From an uncultured Gemmatimonadaceae bacterium (GTDB taxonomy: Bacteria > Gemmatimonadota > Gemmatimonadetes > Gemmatimonadales > Gemmatimonadaceae), in NCBI GenBank assembly GCA_963822945.1, contig CAWGJO010000026.1, positions 64,001 through 128,000 on the forward strand: 64,000 bases of DNA. Reading direction: 5' to 3'. Positions 28,015 through 38,442 of this stretch are shown here, piece by piece. Every line of letters begins with the position of its first letter. The first letter of the stretch is position 1. The notes under the pieces are model-generated. The model saw nothing but the letters and a program-made list of their open reading frames with translations. It did no database searches and had not been told where the DNA came from. A program made the position numbers and the translations under genes.

Positions 28015-31000
28015 CGCGTGAGCAGGGAAGGGTGAACGGGAGCGAGCGGCCGCCCGTTCGCCCCTCCCTCTCTACGGTCTGGCCTTCCTCATTCAGCACG
28101 TCGCGCACTTTGACCAGAAACACGTTGTGCGTGAACGGCTTCTGCAGGAACCACACCTTGCGCGCGGCCAGGCCGTGCTCCACCACGGCTTCGTCGGTGT
28201 AGCCGGAGACGAAGAGCACGCGGGCTTCGGGATGGCGGGCGTTCACCGCCAGCGCGAGCTCGGGCCCGCTCATGCCTGCCATCACCACGTCGGTCACCAG
28301 CAGGTGGATCGGGTCGGCGTGCGCCGTGGCCAGCGCCAGCGCCTCCTCGCCGCTGGCCGCGGCGAGGACGGTGTAGCCGCGGCTCGTCAGCACCCGGGTG
28401 AGCAGGGCGCGGATCCCAGGCTCGTCCTCGGCCACCAGCACCGTCTCCGCTCCGTCCAACTCGGTGCGGCGTGCGCCCGGCGGTGCCGGTGCCCGCGGGG
28501 CGTCTTCCACGCCGGGCAGGTAGATCTTGAACGTGGTGCCCTGGCCGACTTCGCTGTACACCCACACGAAGCCGCCCAGCTGCTTCACGATGCCGTACAC
28601 CGTGGCCAGTCCCAGTCCGGTGCCCTTGTCGCGGGCCTTGGTCGTGAAGAAGGGCTCGAAGAGGTGCTCCTTCACCTCGGGTGGCATGCCCTCGCCGGTG
28701 TCGCTCACCGCGATCATGACGTACGGACCGGCGGGCATCGCGGCCTGCCGTTCGCGGACGGGCTCCGCGAAATCCAGATGCGTGGTCTCGATCGTGAGCG
28801 TTCCCCCGTCGGGCATCGCGTCGCGGGCGTTCACGGCGAGGTTCATGAGCACCTGTTCCAGCTGCCCGGCGTCGGCTCGTACGATGTCGGGGTCCGCCGT
28901 CGGCACCACGCGGATCTGCACATCCTCGCCCAGCACGCGGCTCAGCAGCCGTTCCACGCCGGCCACGAGCTGATTGATGCTCATCGGATGCATGCTCAAC
29001 ACCTGGCGCCGGCTGAACGCCAGGAGCTGCCGTGTCAGCTCGGCGCCGCGTTGCGCGCTCCGATAGATGTCCTGCAGTTCGGCGTGGACCGCGCCGTCGG
29101 CGGCCTCGCTGTCGAGCAGGAGTTCGGTGGTCGTGAGAATGACGGTGAGCAGATTGTTGAAGTCGTGCGCGATGCCGCCCGCCAGCCGTCCGATCGCCTC
29201 CATCTTCTGCGATTGGTGGAACTGGGCTTCCAGGCGCAGGCGCTCGGTCACGTCCTCGATCATCGTTTCGATATACGGCTCGCTGCGCTCGGAGTCGCGA
29301 ACCAGCCGTGCACTGAACCGCACCGTGATCACCTGACCGTCGCGCCGCCGCCACTGGATCGAGTCGCGTCGCGCGTACCCGGTGGCCTGAACATCGCGCA
29401 GGCTCGATTCGCGGTCGGCCGGGTTCACGTAGACGTCGAGCATGTTCTGGCCGGGCAGCTCAGCGGGGCTCGCCACGCCGAGCATCCGCGCCAGCGCGGG
29501 GTTCGCGTCGAGAATCCGTCCGTCGAGCGTGGTGAGCTCGATGCCGTACGGAGCCTCCTGGATCAGGTGGCGGTAGCGCTCCTCGGACCGCTGGAGCGCC
29601 TCGGCGGCGCGGCTGCGGTCGGTGATGTCGGTCGCGAGCGCGAGCACCGCCGGCCGGCCGTTGAACTGCAGGGTGTGCGCCACGATCTCAACCGTGATCG
29701 GAGTACCGTCCTTCAGGAAGTGGCGCCACACGCCATGCGGCTGCGGCCGCTCCCCCATGGCGTCGATGGCTGATTCCAGGCGCGCGACGTCCTCCGGCGG
29801 CCGGATGTCACGCAACGTCATCGCGAGAAATTCCTCGCGGCTGTACCCGTAGTGCTCCACTGCGGCAGTGTTCACGGCCAGGAACTGCAACGTCTCGGCG
29901 TCGACGACGTACAGTGGGGTGGGGACCGATTCGAACAGGTTGCGGTAGAGCTGCTCGGAGACGACCGCGTGGTCCAACGCCTGCTCGATCCGGGTCCGCA
30001 TCGCGTCGAAGGCATGGGCGAGTCGCGACAACTCGTCTCCGTCGCCGTCCACTTTCGGTTCCGCTCCCGCCCGCTCGGCGCCCATGGATTCGGCGGCCGA
30101 GGTGAGACGTCCCAATCGCCTGGTGAACCGCCGGCTCAGCAACCACGCGCCCACCAGTCCCAGGAGCAGCGTCAAGGCATTCACGAACAGCAGCCGGTGC
30201 ACATCCTGGAGCGCCGGCGCGAGCACCGAATCGGCGGGGAATGCGACGACCACGGACCACGGCGTTTGAGCAACCTCGTGGGCCACGGCGAGCATCTCGC
30301 CGGCGCCCGGGTGCACGAAATTCTGGAGCACCACGGGCGTCGAGGGGCGGACCGGCGGCGGGCGCGCCGCCGAGTGGAGGTCGGTCCACACGCTGTCGTC
30401 GGTGTTGCCGACGAACAGCTGACCGCCGGCGCCGACGAGCAGGGCCAACTGACGCCACGATGTGGGCGGCGGCAGGACCGGGCGCCATTGCACCAGGTAC
30501 CCGATCACGCGCCGGCCTTCCGTCATCCGCATCGCCACGGGAATGAACGGCGTCGAGCCCTGGAGTTGCAGGCGTCCGACCACTGCGGAGTCGGTGCCCG
30601 CCGCCCGCTGTCGCAGCGCGTCGCTGAAGGTCAGGGCCGCATCGGTGTCGTTCCCGGGAACGGTGGTGACCACGCGTCCCGATACGTCCCGCAGTTGAAT
30701 GATCGACGTCGGCGAGATCAGGCGCAGCCGGTCCACCGCGTCGGCAACCAACGCCGGAACGCGCGTGGAACGGGTCCGAAGCAATCGTGCAGCGCGGGAG
30801 CCTGCGCGAGCGAGGCCATGTGCGCCGTGTACTCCTCGCGCGACAACTCCAGCATGTCCGCGAATTCGTTGGCGACCTGGGTGAGGCGATCCGCGGCGTG
30901 CGCGCGATCGGCCGACACCCGCGTGCGGTAATCGCCCCACGTATTGATGGCGACCACCAACGCGATCAAGGCGCCGATGAACAGCGGCAGCTTGACGGAG

Positions 31001-31065
31001 ATCGATGTGCGCAGCAGCGGGCCCTGGACGGCCGCCGCGGTCGGTTCGTGAGGGGTAACGGACAC
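27920..31065 (-). CDS. Hybrid sensor kinase (TM-periplasmic-HAMP-PAS-PAS-HisKA-HATPase-REC), frameshifted
   Basis: N-terminus in ORF 30718..31065, remainder in ORF 27920..31801, junction near 30750-30780; [42 protein letters not shown]...TDVVM; the true stop may be the out-of-frame TAG at 28072-28074. Confidence 0.85.
28024..28069. terminator. Hairpin between convergent CHRD and hybrid kinase genes
   Basis: AGGGAAGGGTGAACGGG (28024-40) pairs with CCCGTTCGCCCCTCCCT (28053-69), with one mismatch and one G-U. Confidence 0.55.
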
Positions 31066-31102
31066 TGCCCCAATCTTGAGGAATGAACCAGATGATGCGC
31101 AA

Positions 31103-31135
31103 GCAGGGTCTCCCGGACAAGCGGGGAGACCCTGC
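31103..31135 (-). terminator. Hairpin downstream of the prolyl oligopeptidase gene
   Basis: GCAGGGTCTCCC (31103-14) pairs with GGGAGACCCTGC (31124-35), a 12-bp stem about 40 nt past the stop. Confidence 0.6.
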
Positions 31136-31176
31136 CGGCGCGGAGCCTTGCATCAATAATGTGTTTGCCGATTCCT

Positions 31177-33321
31177 CTATCTCATCCCGGTCTCCCACCC
31201 GGTGAACGCCCAGACGTCCGCCAACTGCGCGATCCGCTTGTCGGTGGGCATGTACCCGTGGCTCGTCTTCGTCTCCACGCGGATCAGAATGGGCCGGTTG
31301 CAGCTCTGCGCCGCCTGCATCGCCGCCGTGAACTTGAACGAGTGGCCCGGCACCACCCGGTCGTCGTGATCGGCCGTGGTGACGATCGTGGCCGGATAGC
31401 AGGTGCCCGGCTTGGCGTTGTGCACCGGGGAGAACTTGATCAGGTACTTGAACTGGTCGGGATTGTCCGACGACCCGTATTCCGGCACCCAGCCGATGCC
31501 GGCGCTGAACTTCTGATAGCGCAGCATGTCCATGACGCCGGCGCCCGGGTAGGCGGCCGCGAACAGTTCCGGGTGCTGCTCCTCCGTGGCGCCCACCAGC
31601 AGCCCGCCGTTGGAATACCCGTGGATGGCCAGGTGCTTGGGCGACGTGTACTTGTGCGCGATGAGGTACTTGGCCGCCCATGCGAAATCGTCGAATACGT
31701 TCTGCTTCTTGCCCAGCCGGCCGGCATGGTGCCAGGCCTCCCCGTACTCGCTGCCACCTCGGATGTTGGCCACGGCGTAGATGCCGCCGTGTTCCAGCCA
31801 CACGGCCACGGTCGGGCTGTAGGAGGGAAGGGTGGCGATGTCGAATCCGCCGTACGCGTAGAGGATCGTGGGGTGCGAGCCGTCGAGCGTGGTGCCCTTC
31901 TTCATCGTGATGAACATCGGCACGCGTGTGCCGTCCTTCGAACGATAGAACACCTGCTTCGTCTCGTACGGCGACGCGTCGAACAGCGTCTTCCGCGCCA
32001 GCGGGCTGAACACGGCGGTCTTCTTGGTGGCGAAGTCGTAGTGGTACACCGTGGTCGGCGCCAGGTACGACGAGAATGCGTAGAAAAGCTCGGGCCGGTC
32101 GGCGCGGCCGCTGAGTCCGCCCACGGCGCCGATGCCCGGCAGCGACACCTGGTCGACGAGCTTCCCGTCGGCGGCGTACATCCGCACGTGGCTCTGCACG
32201 TCCTCCAGGGTCTGCACGACGATTCGGTCGCCGGCAATCAGCGCCTGCTGGATGTTGTTCTTCGTTTCCGGCACCACCGTCTTCGCGCGCGCGAGCGACG
32301 TGTCGGGGAGCGCCATCGCGATGATCCGGCGGTTGGGCGCGTCCTTCGTGGTCTGAATGAAGATCGTGCCGCCGATGTTGCCGATCACGCCGTACTCCGC
32401 GTCGTCCGACGTGTTCACGGGACGGATGGTCGCGCCGACGTCGGGATGCATCGGGTCGCCGAGGTCGGCGTAGTAGAGCAGATTCTCGGGGTTCGTCCCG
32501 TGGTTGAGCGTGATGAAGAGGTAGCGGCCATCATCTGTCACGCCGGCGCCCTCGTACCAGTCGGGGCGGTCGGGCCGCTGATAGATGAGCCGGTCCTGCG
32601 TGTCCGGCGTGCCCACCGTGTGGTAGTAGATCTTTCCGTTCACCGCGGCCGCCGTCAGCACCTGATCCCTGGGTGGCGCCGGGAAGCGCGTGTAGAAGAA
32701 TCCCTTGCCGTCTCGCGTCCACGACACGCCCGAGTACTTGACCCAGTGCACCGTGTCGGCCAGGTCGCGACCGGTGGCGAGTTCACGCACGTGCAGTTCT
32801 TCCCAGTCCGACCCGCCGACCGAGAGCCCGTAGGCCAGATAACGTCCGTCGGGCGACGGCGCGTACGAGGCGAGATCCACCGACCCGTCGGCCGAGAGCG
32901 TGTTCGGATCGATGAGCGTGGCCGGCGTGCCGCCCACGTCGGCCTGGTCGTAGAGTACCGACTGGTTCTGCAGGCCCGAGTTCATGCGGTAGAAGAGCCG
33001 GCCGGCCACGCGCTCCGGCACGCCGATGCTGGGCGTGTTCCAGAGGGCGGTGAGCCGCTTGCGGAAGGTCTCGCGCAGCGGAATCTGGTCCAGGTACTTG
33101 AACGTGACGGCGTTTTCGGCTTCCACCCAGCGGGCCACCTCGGGAGAGTTCTGATCCTCGAGCCAGCGGTACGGGTCGGCGACCTTGGTGCCGAAGTAGT
33201 CGTCCACCACGCTGTCCCTGCGCGTGACGGGATACTTGGGCGCCTGCTGCGCCGCGGCGATGCCCGCCGTGGTGCACAGTGCGACGAGGAGGAAGACGAG
33301 GGTGGCCGGGACGTGACGCAT
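31177..33321 (-). CDS. Secreted prolyl oligopeptidase (S9A)
   Basis: Signal peptide; VADPYRWLED, SKDGTRVPMF, YGGF, NIRGGSEYG, GYSNGG, DHDDRVVP, TSHG. Confidence 0.95.
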   Translation of the reverse strand: MRHVPATLVFLLVALCTTAGIAAAQQAPKYPVTRRDSVVDDYFGTKVADPYRWLEDQNSPEVARWVEAENAVTFKYLDQIPLRETFRKRLTALWNTPSIGVPERVAGRLFYRMNSGLQNQSVLYDQADVGGTPATLIDPNTLSADGSVDLASYAPSPDGRYLAYGLSVGGSDWEELHVRELATGRDLADTVHWVKYSGVSWTRDGKGFFYTRFPAPPRDQVLTAAAVNGKIYYHTVGTPDTQDRLIYQRPDRPDWYEGAGVTDDGRYLFITLNHGTNPENLLYYADLGDPMHPDVGATIRPVNTSDDAEYGVIGNIGGTIFIQTTKDAPNRRIIAMALPDTSLARAKTVVPETKNNIQQALIAGDRIVVQTLEDVQSHVRMYAADGKLVDQVSLPGIGAVGGLSGRADRPELFYAFSSYLAPTTVYHYDFATKKTAVFSPLARKTLFDASPYETKQVFYRSKDGTRVPMFITMKKGTTLDGSHPTILYAYGGFDIATLPSYSPTVAVWLEHGGIYAVANIRGGSEYGEAWHHAGRLGKKQNVFDDFAWAAKYLIAHKYTSPKHLAIHGYSNGGLLVGATEEQHPELFAAAYPGAGVMDMLRYQKFSAGIGWVPEYGSSDNPDQFKYLIKFSPVHNAKPGTCYPATIVTTADHDDRVVPGHSFKFTAAMQAAQSCNRPILIRVETKTSHGYMPTDKRIAQLADVWAFTGWETGMR

Positions 33322-33508
33322 CGGGTGTGACAGCATGCCGCGTGGCTCCGTGGGTTGGATCCCGTATTCTCTCCACTTCGGGCGCACGCCGCCAGTCGCC
33401 CGCCGGGCGCGGTGTCGGCCGGCTTCCCGGCGGTTGGGGAACGCGCGCCTGCGGATCGGGTAGATTTATCGGTCGCGGCCCCCCCGGACACGCCGACACC
33501 CCATTCTC

Positions 33509-35020
33509 ATGCCCTCCCTGCACTGTCTCGTTGAGGACGTCCGTCCGTCGGAACGTTCCGGGTACGCGCGGTTCACGCGCGCGCGTCTGCTCGCTTCCGC
33601 ACTCGTTGCCGTGGCGCTCGGCGCCTGCGGCGGCTCCAAGTCGACCACCACCACTACCACGGCACCCGGAGCGGGTGTCGTGGCCTCGATCAGCGTCGCG
33701 CCCACGACCACGACGCTCGTCATCGGCGACACTCTGCGCTTCGTCGCCACCCTGTACGACAACGCGAGCAACATTCTCACGGGCGATACGGTGACCTGGT
33801 CGAGCAGCGACTCCTCGATCGCGACCGTCAACGACTCGGGTACCGTCACCGGCGTTGCTACGGGGACGGCGACCATCACCGCCACGAGCAAGGGAATCCT
33901 GGGTACGGCGGCGCTCACCGTCACGCCGCCGGTCACGAAGGCGTTCACCGGCGTGACCGCCGTGGCCGCCGGGTTCGCGCACACCTGCGCCCTCGTGACC
34001 GGCGGAACGGCGTATTGCTGGGGCAGTAATGCCAGCGGACAGTTGGGCAACGACACCACCGGCATCTCGCCCTTCCCGCTCGCGGTGTCCGGCGGGCTCA
34101 CCTTCGCGTCGCTCACCGCGGGCTACTCGCACACCTGCGGGCTCACGTCCGCCGGCGCGGCGTACTGCTGGGGAGACAATGCCACGGGGGCGCTCGGCAA
34201 CACCACCGCCAACGCCACCAGCGGCACGCCGGTGACCGTCGCCGGCGGCCTGACCTTCAAGATGATCAGCGCCGGCTACGCCCACACGTGCGGGGTGGCG
34301 GCGGACAGTTCCGCCTACTGCTGGGGTGCCAACGAGAGCGGTGAGCTGGGCAACGGCACGGTGGGGCAGAACAGTTCCACGCCCACGCTGGTGTCCGGCG
34401 GACTCAAGTTCGCGTCCATCAGCGCCGGCGGCGTCTACACCTGCGGCGTGACCACGGCGGGCGCCGGCTACTGTTGGGGGTCCAACGCGTACGGCGTGCT
34501 CGGAAACGGAACCACCACCGACAGCCCCACTCCGGTGGCCGTGGCTGGTGGCCTCCAGCTCGCGTCGATCACGGCCGGTGTGTACCACACCTGCGCCCTC
34601 ACCGTGAACGGGGCCGCGTACTGCTGGGGCCAAGCCGGAAACGGGCAGCTCGGGTCGGGGCTGACGTCGTTGAGCAGCTCGACGCCGCTGGCGGTGGCCG
34701 GTGGTCACACCTTCGCCTCCATGGCGGTCGGCGAGTTGAGCAGCTGCGCCGTCACGTCGGCGGGGGCCGGCTACTGCTGGGGCTCGGGCAGCTTCGGCGC
34801 CCTCGGCACCGGGTCCACGACCCAGGCCGACACCCCGCAGGCCGTGAGCGGGTCGTTGGTACTCGCGTCGGTGACCGCCGGCATCTCGTTCCACGCCTGC
34901 GCGCTCGATACGACCAACGGCGTGTACTGCTGGGGCTACGACAACAGCGGCGAACTGGGTACCGGCAGCGCCGGCGGTTACAGCGTGACGCCGCAGCAGG
35001 TGGTGGTGCCGAACAACTGA
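33509..35020 (+). CDS. Lipoprotein with Ig-like (Big_2) domain and RCC1-like repeats
   Basis: Lipobox LGAC, Thr linker, VTWSSSDSSIATV; seven repeats of AGxxH/yTCxxxxxGxAYCWGxNxxGxLG; start codon uncertain. Confidence 0.88.
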   Translation: MPSLHCLVEDVRPSERSGYARFTRARLLASALVAVALGACGGSKSTTTTTTAPGAGVVASISVAPTTTTLVIGDTLRFVATLYDNASNILTGDTVTWSSSDSSIATVNDSGTVTGVATGTATITATSKGILGTAALTVTPPVTKAFTGVTAVAAGFAHTCALVTGGTAYCWGSNASGQLGNDTTGISPFPLAVSGGLTFASLTAGYSHTCGLTSAGAAYCWGDNATGALGNTTANATSGTPVTVAGGLTFKMISAGYAHTCGVAADSSAYCWGANESGELGNGTVGQNSSTPTLVSGGLKFASISAGGVYTCGVTTAGAGYCWGSNAYGVLGNGTTTDSPTPVAVAGGLQLASITAGVYHTCALTVNGAAYCWGQAGNGQLGSGLTSLSSSTPLAVAGGHTFASMAVGELSSCAVTSAGAGYCWGSGSFGALGTGSTTQADTPQAVSGSLVLASVTAGISFHACALDTTNGVYCWGYDNSGELGTGSAGGYSVTPQQVVVPNN

Positions 35021-35045
35021 ACCGGGAGTACGTCCCTGCGCAGCT

Positions 35046-35083
35046 GATCGCCGGTCCCGGGGTTTGACCTGGGGCCGGCGATC
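35046..35083 (+). terminator. Hairpin after the RCC1 lipoprotein gene
   Basis: GATCGCCGGTCCC...GGGGCCGGCGATC, 13-bp stem with one G-U, followed by gtgctgtttt. Confidence 0.55.
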
Positions 35084-35099
35084 GTGCTGTTTTCACCCC

Positions 35100-36470
35100 A
35101 TGCCGAACGTCGCCGTCCAGACCCACCCCTTGTTCACCGACCTGCGGAGCCGGGAATTCTCCCGCCTCGACCGGCAGCGCCACGCGTATCTGGACTACAC
35201 CGGAAGCGGGCTCTACCCCGAGAGCCTGCTCGAGCGCCACGTGGAACTGCTGCGGAAATCCATCCTCGGCAATCCGCACTCCCGGCACGAGCCGTCGGAG
35301 GCCAGCACCTCGCTCCTGTCGCAGGCGCGGAGCGCGGTGCTGCGATTCGTGGATGCCCCGCCCGAGGAGTACGAGGTGGTCTTCACCTCCAACGCCTCGG
35401 CCGCCATCAAGCTCGTGGGCGAGAGCTATCCGTTCGCCGCCGGCGGCGCGTACGTGCTGGCCGAGGACAACCACAACTCCGTGAACGGCGTTCGCGAGTT
35501 CGCGCGCCGCGCCGGCGCGCGGATCACGTACCTGCCGCTCGATGCCGGGCTCCGCCTGGACGATCCGGATCCGAAGCTTGCTGCGGCGGCAACCGCGGCC
35601 GGTGAGCGGCCGCGCCTGTTCGCGTATCCGGCGCAGTCCAACTTCACCGGGGTCAAGCACGGGCTGGAACTGGTGGCGTCGGCGCAGGCGCTCGGCTTCG
35701 ACGTGCTCCTGGACGCCGCCGCCTTCGTCCCGACCAACCGGCTGAGCCTGCGCCGCGTGCCTGCCGACTTCACCGTGATCTCCTTCTATAAGGTGTTCGG
35801 GTATCCCACCGGAGTCGGGGCCCTCGTGGCACGCCGGAACGCGCTGGAGAAGCTGCACCGCCCGTGGTTCGCGGGTGGCACCGTGGACTTCGCGTCGGTG
35901 CAGAACGACACGCATCAGTTGCGATCGGGTGCCGAGCGGTTCGAGGACGGCACGCCCGACTTCCTCGGACTCGCCGCGCTGATACCGGGTTTGGAGTTCA
36001 TGGAGCAGATGGACATGGACCGCCTCGCGGAGCACGTGCGCGTGCTCGCGGGCGAACTGCTGGAGGCGTTGACCTCGCTTCGCCATACCAACGGGAAGCC
36101 GATGGTGGTGGTGTACGGGCCGCCGACCATGGACCGGCGCGGTGGCACCGTGGCGTTCAACGTGCTGGACGCGGCGGGGCGGCCCATTTCGTACGCCATC
36201 GTCGAGGATCGTGCCCGGGAGGCCGGGGTGTCGGTGCGGGGGGGATGCTTCTGCAATCCGGGCGCCGGAGAGCGGGCATTCGATCTTCCCGCCGATGAGG
36301 CGGCTCGATGCTTCCGGGCCACGGCCCAGGGCTTCACTCTGGAGCGGTTCGCCGAGTGCATGGGGGCCGACATCGCCGTCGGCGCCGTGCGTGCCTCGGT
36401 GGGCATGGCCACCAATTCGGACGACATCCGACGCCTCGAGAAGACGATCGCGAGTTTTGCCGATCGTTGA
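35100..36470 (+). CDS. Class V aminotransferase-fold PLP enzyme resembling the NifS-like domain of molybdenum cofactor sulfurase
   Basis: YLDYTGSGLY, GNPHS, DNHNSVNGVRE, YPAQSNFTG, LDAAAF, ISFYKVFGYPTGVGAL, FEDGT, RGGCFCNPG, GAVRASVG; no MOSC domain. Confidence 0.85.
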   Translation: MPNVAVQTHPLFTDLRSREFSRLDRQRHAYLDYTGSGLYPESLLERHVELLRKSILGNPHSRHEPSEASTSLLSQARSAVLRFVDAPPEEYEVVFTSNASAAIKLVGESYPFAAGGAYVLAEDNHNSVNGVREFARRAGARITYLPLDAGLRLDDPDPKLAAAATAAGERPRLFAYPAQSNFTGVKHGLELVASAQALGFDVLLDAAAFVPTNRLSLRRVPADFTVISFYKVFGYPTGVGALVARRNALEKLHRPWFAGGTVDFASVQNDTHQLRSGAERFEDGTPDFLGLAALIPGLEFMEQMDMDRLAEHVRVLAGELLEALTSLRHTNGKPMVVVYGPPTMDRRGGTVAFNVLDAAGRPISYAIVEDRAREAGVSVRGGCFCNPGAGERAFDLPADEAARCFRATAQGFTLERFAECMGADIAVGAVRASVGMATNSDDIRRLEKTIASFADR

Positions 36471-36478
36471 GTGCCGCG

Positions 36479-37890
36479 ATGAACCCTTCGGACTTCAGCG
36501 CCAACGCCAAGGCGATCGTCGACTGGGTGGCCAACTACCGCGCCACGATCGCCGACCGCCCGGTGATGGCGCGCACGGCTCCGGGTGAGATCAAGGCGCA
36601 GCTGCCGGCCTCGCCGCCGGAGCAGGGCGAGTCGTTCGACGCGATGCTCCGCGACTTCGACACCATCATCGCGCCCGGCATCACCAACTGGCAGTCCCCG
36701 CACTTCTTCGGCTTCTTCCCGGGCGCCGGATCGCTGGCCAGTGTACTCGGCGACTACCTGAGCAGCGGTCTCTCCGTGCTCGGCCTCTCGTGGCAGGCGT
36801 CGCCCGCCGTCACCGAGCTGGAAGAAGTGGTCACCGACTGGATGCGCCAGATGGTGGGGCTCTCCGGGGCCTGGAGCGGGGTCATCCAGGACACGGCGTC
36901 CACGAGCACCCTGGTGGCGCTGCTCTGCGCCCGCGAGCGCAGCACCGAGTACTCACTGGTCCGGGGGGACTGCAGGCGGCCGAACGGCCGCTCGTCGTGT
37001 ACGTCTCGGCACACGCCCACAGTTCCGTGGACAAGGCGGCGCTGCTCGCCGGATTCGGTCGCGACAACGTTCGCCTGGTGCCGCACGACGAGGCGTATGC
37101 CATGCGCGCCGACGCTCTGCGTGACCTGATCGCCGAGGACCTCGCCGCCGGTCGCGTGCCGTGCGCCGTGGTCGCCACCACCGGCACCACCGGCACTACC
37201 GCCGTCGACCCGGTGCACGAGATAGCCGCCGTGGCCCGCGATCACGCGCTCTGGCTGCACGTCGACGCGGCGATGGCCGGGTCGGCGATGATCCTGCCCG
37301 AGATGCGCGCCCTCTGGGATGGGATCGAGGACGCGGACTCGCTCGTCCTGAATCCGCATAAGTGGCTCGGCGTCGTGTTCGACTGCTCGCTGTACTACGT
37401 GAAGGACGCCGAGCATCTGGTGCGCGTGATGTCCACCAACCCGAGCTATCTGCAGAGCGCCGCTGACGGCCGGGTGAAGAACTACCGTGACTGGGGCATC
37501 CCGCTGGGGCGCCGCTTCCGCGCCCTCAAGCTCTGGTTCCTGATCCGTGACCAGGGCGTGGCGGGTCTGCAGGCGCGCATCCGGCGCGACCTGGAGAACG
37601 CCAGGTGGCTCGAACACCAGGTGCGCGCCGAACCGCACTGGCGCGTCCTCGCGCCGGTCGTGCTGCAGACGGTGTGCCTCCGACACGAGCCGCCCGGTGT
37701 CGCGGGGGACGCGCTCGACCGGCACACGCTGGCGTGGGTGGACCGGGTCAATCAGTCCGGCGCGGCGTACCTCACACCGTCGGTGCTCGACGGTCGCTGG
37801 ATGGCGCGGGTCTCGATCGGAGCCGAGCCGACGGAACGCGAGCACGTCGCGGCGGTGTGGGAGCTGATGCGCGAGGCCGTGGCCGGCTGA
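36479..37890 (+). CDS. Aromatic-L-amino-acid decarboxylase family (group II PLP decarboxylase), frameshifted
   Basis: PGITNWQSPHFFGFFP, SPAVTELE, HSSVDKAA, GTTGTTAVD, HVDAAMAG, NPHKW, PLGRRFRALKLW; frameshift at G6 run 36963-36968 (G7 restores the frame). Confidence 0.9.
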
Positions 37891-37992
37891 CCCACCGTTG
37901 CTGGCACATTGTCCGGGCGACCGGTACTGTAGGGGTGTTCCTCGAGCGGTTGTCGCGATTCCCCCCCCATCCTATCCGCCATCGGAGGATCC

Positions 37993-38412
37993 ATGAATCG
38001 CCAGAAGATCGTCATCGCCGGGCTCGTGGCCGGGTTGGTCCTGAACGTGCTCGACTTCGTGAGCTACAGCTACATCGTCGGCGCGCAACTCGCCTCGGCC
38101 ATGGACGCGGTGAACCCGTCGTTGTCGGCGGCGATGTCCACGTCGCGCGCCATGGCCACCAGCATCGTGATCGACTTCCTGATGGGCATCGCGCTCGTGT
38201 GGTTGTACGCCGCCATGCGGCCCCGCTACGGGGCCGGGCCGCGCAACGCCCTGATGTCGGCGTTCTTCGTCTGGCTGATCTCGGCGTTCGCGTTCAGCAT
38301 GTTCCACACCATGGGCATGATGGGCATGCATCTCTGGCTGCTCATGGCATGCATCGCATTCGTGAATCTGGCCATCGGCGCCCTTGTGGGGGGCAGGCTC
38401 TACTCCGAGTAG
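37993..38412 (+). CDS. Small 4-TM hypothetical membrane protein
   Basis: GGAGG RBS; four hydrophobic segments; YAAMRPRYGAGP loop. Confidence 0.8.
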   Translation: MNRQKIVIAGLVAGLVLNVLDFVSYSYIVGAQLASAMDAVNPSLSAAMSTSRAMATSIVIDFLMGIALVWLYAAMRPRYGAGPRNALMSAFFVWLISAFAFSMFHTMGMMGMHLWLLMACIAFVNLAIGALVGGRLYSE

Positions 38413-38442
38413 CGCGGCGATCCCGCCCGCGTGCCGCGGTCC

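Noticed and set aside
28100..29250. Strong similarity to 53150-54290 suggesting a recent duplication or mobile element
   Set aside because: Both are paralogous HisKA-HATPase-REC modules of a commonly expanded kinase family; no terminal repeats or transposase
33950..35010. ~150-bp periodic DNA repeats (tactgctgggg)
   Set aside because: Fully explained by RCC1 protein repeats
37902..37918. TGGCAC -24-like element upstream of the 37993 gene
   Set aside because: No GC at the -12 position
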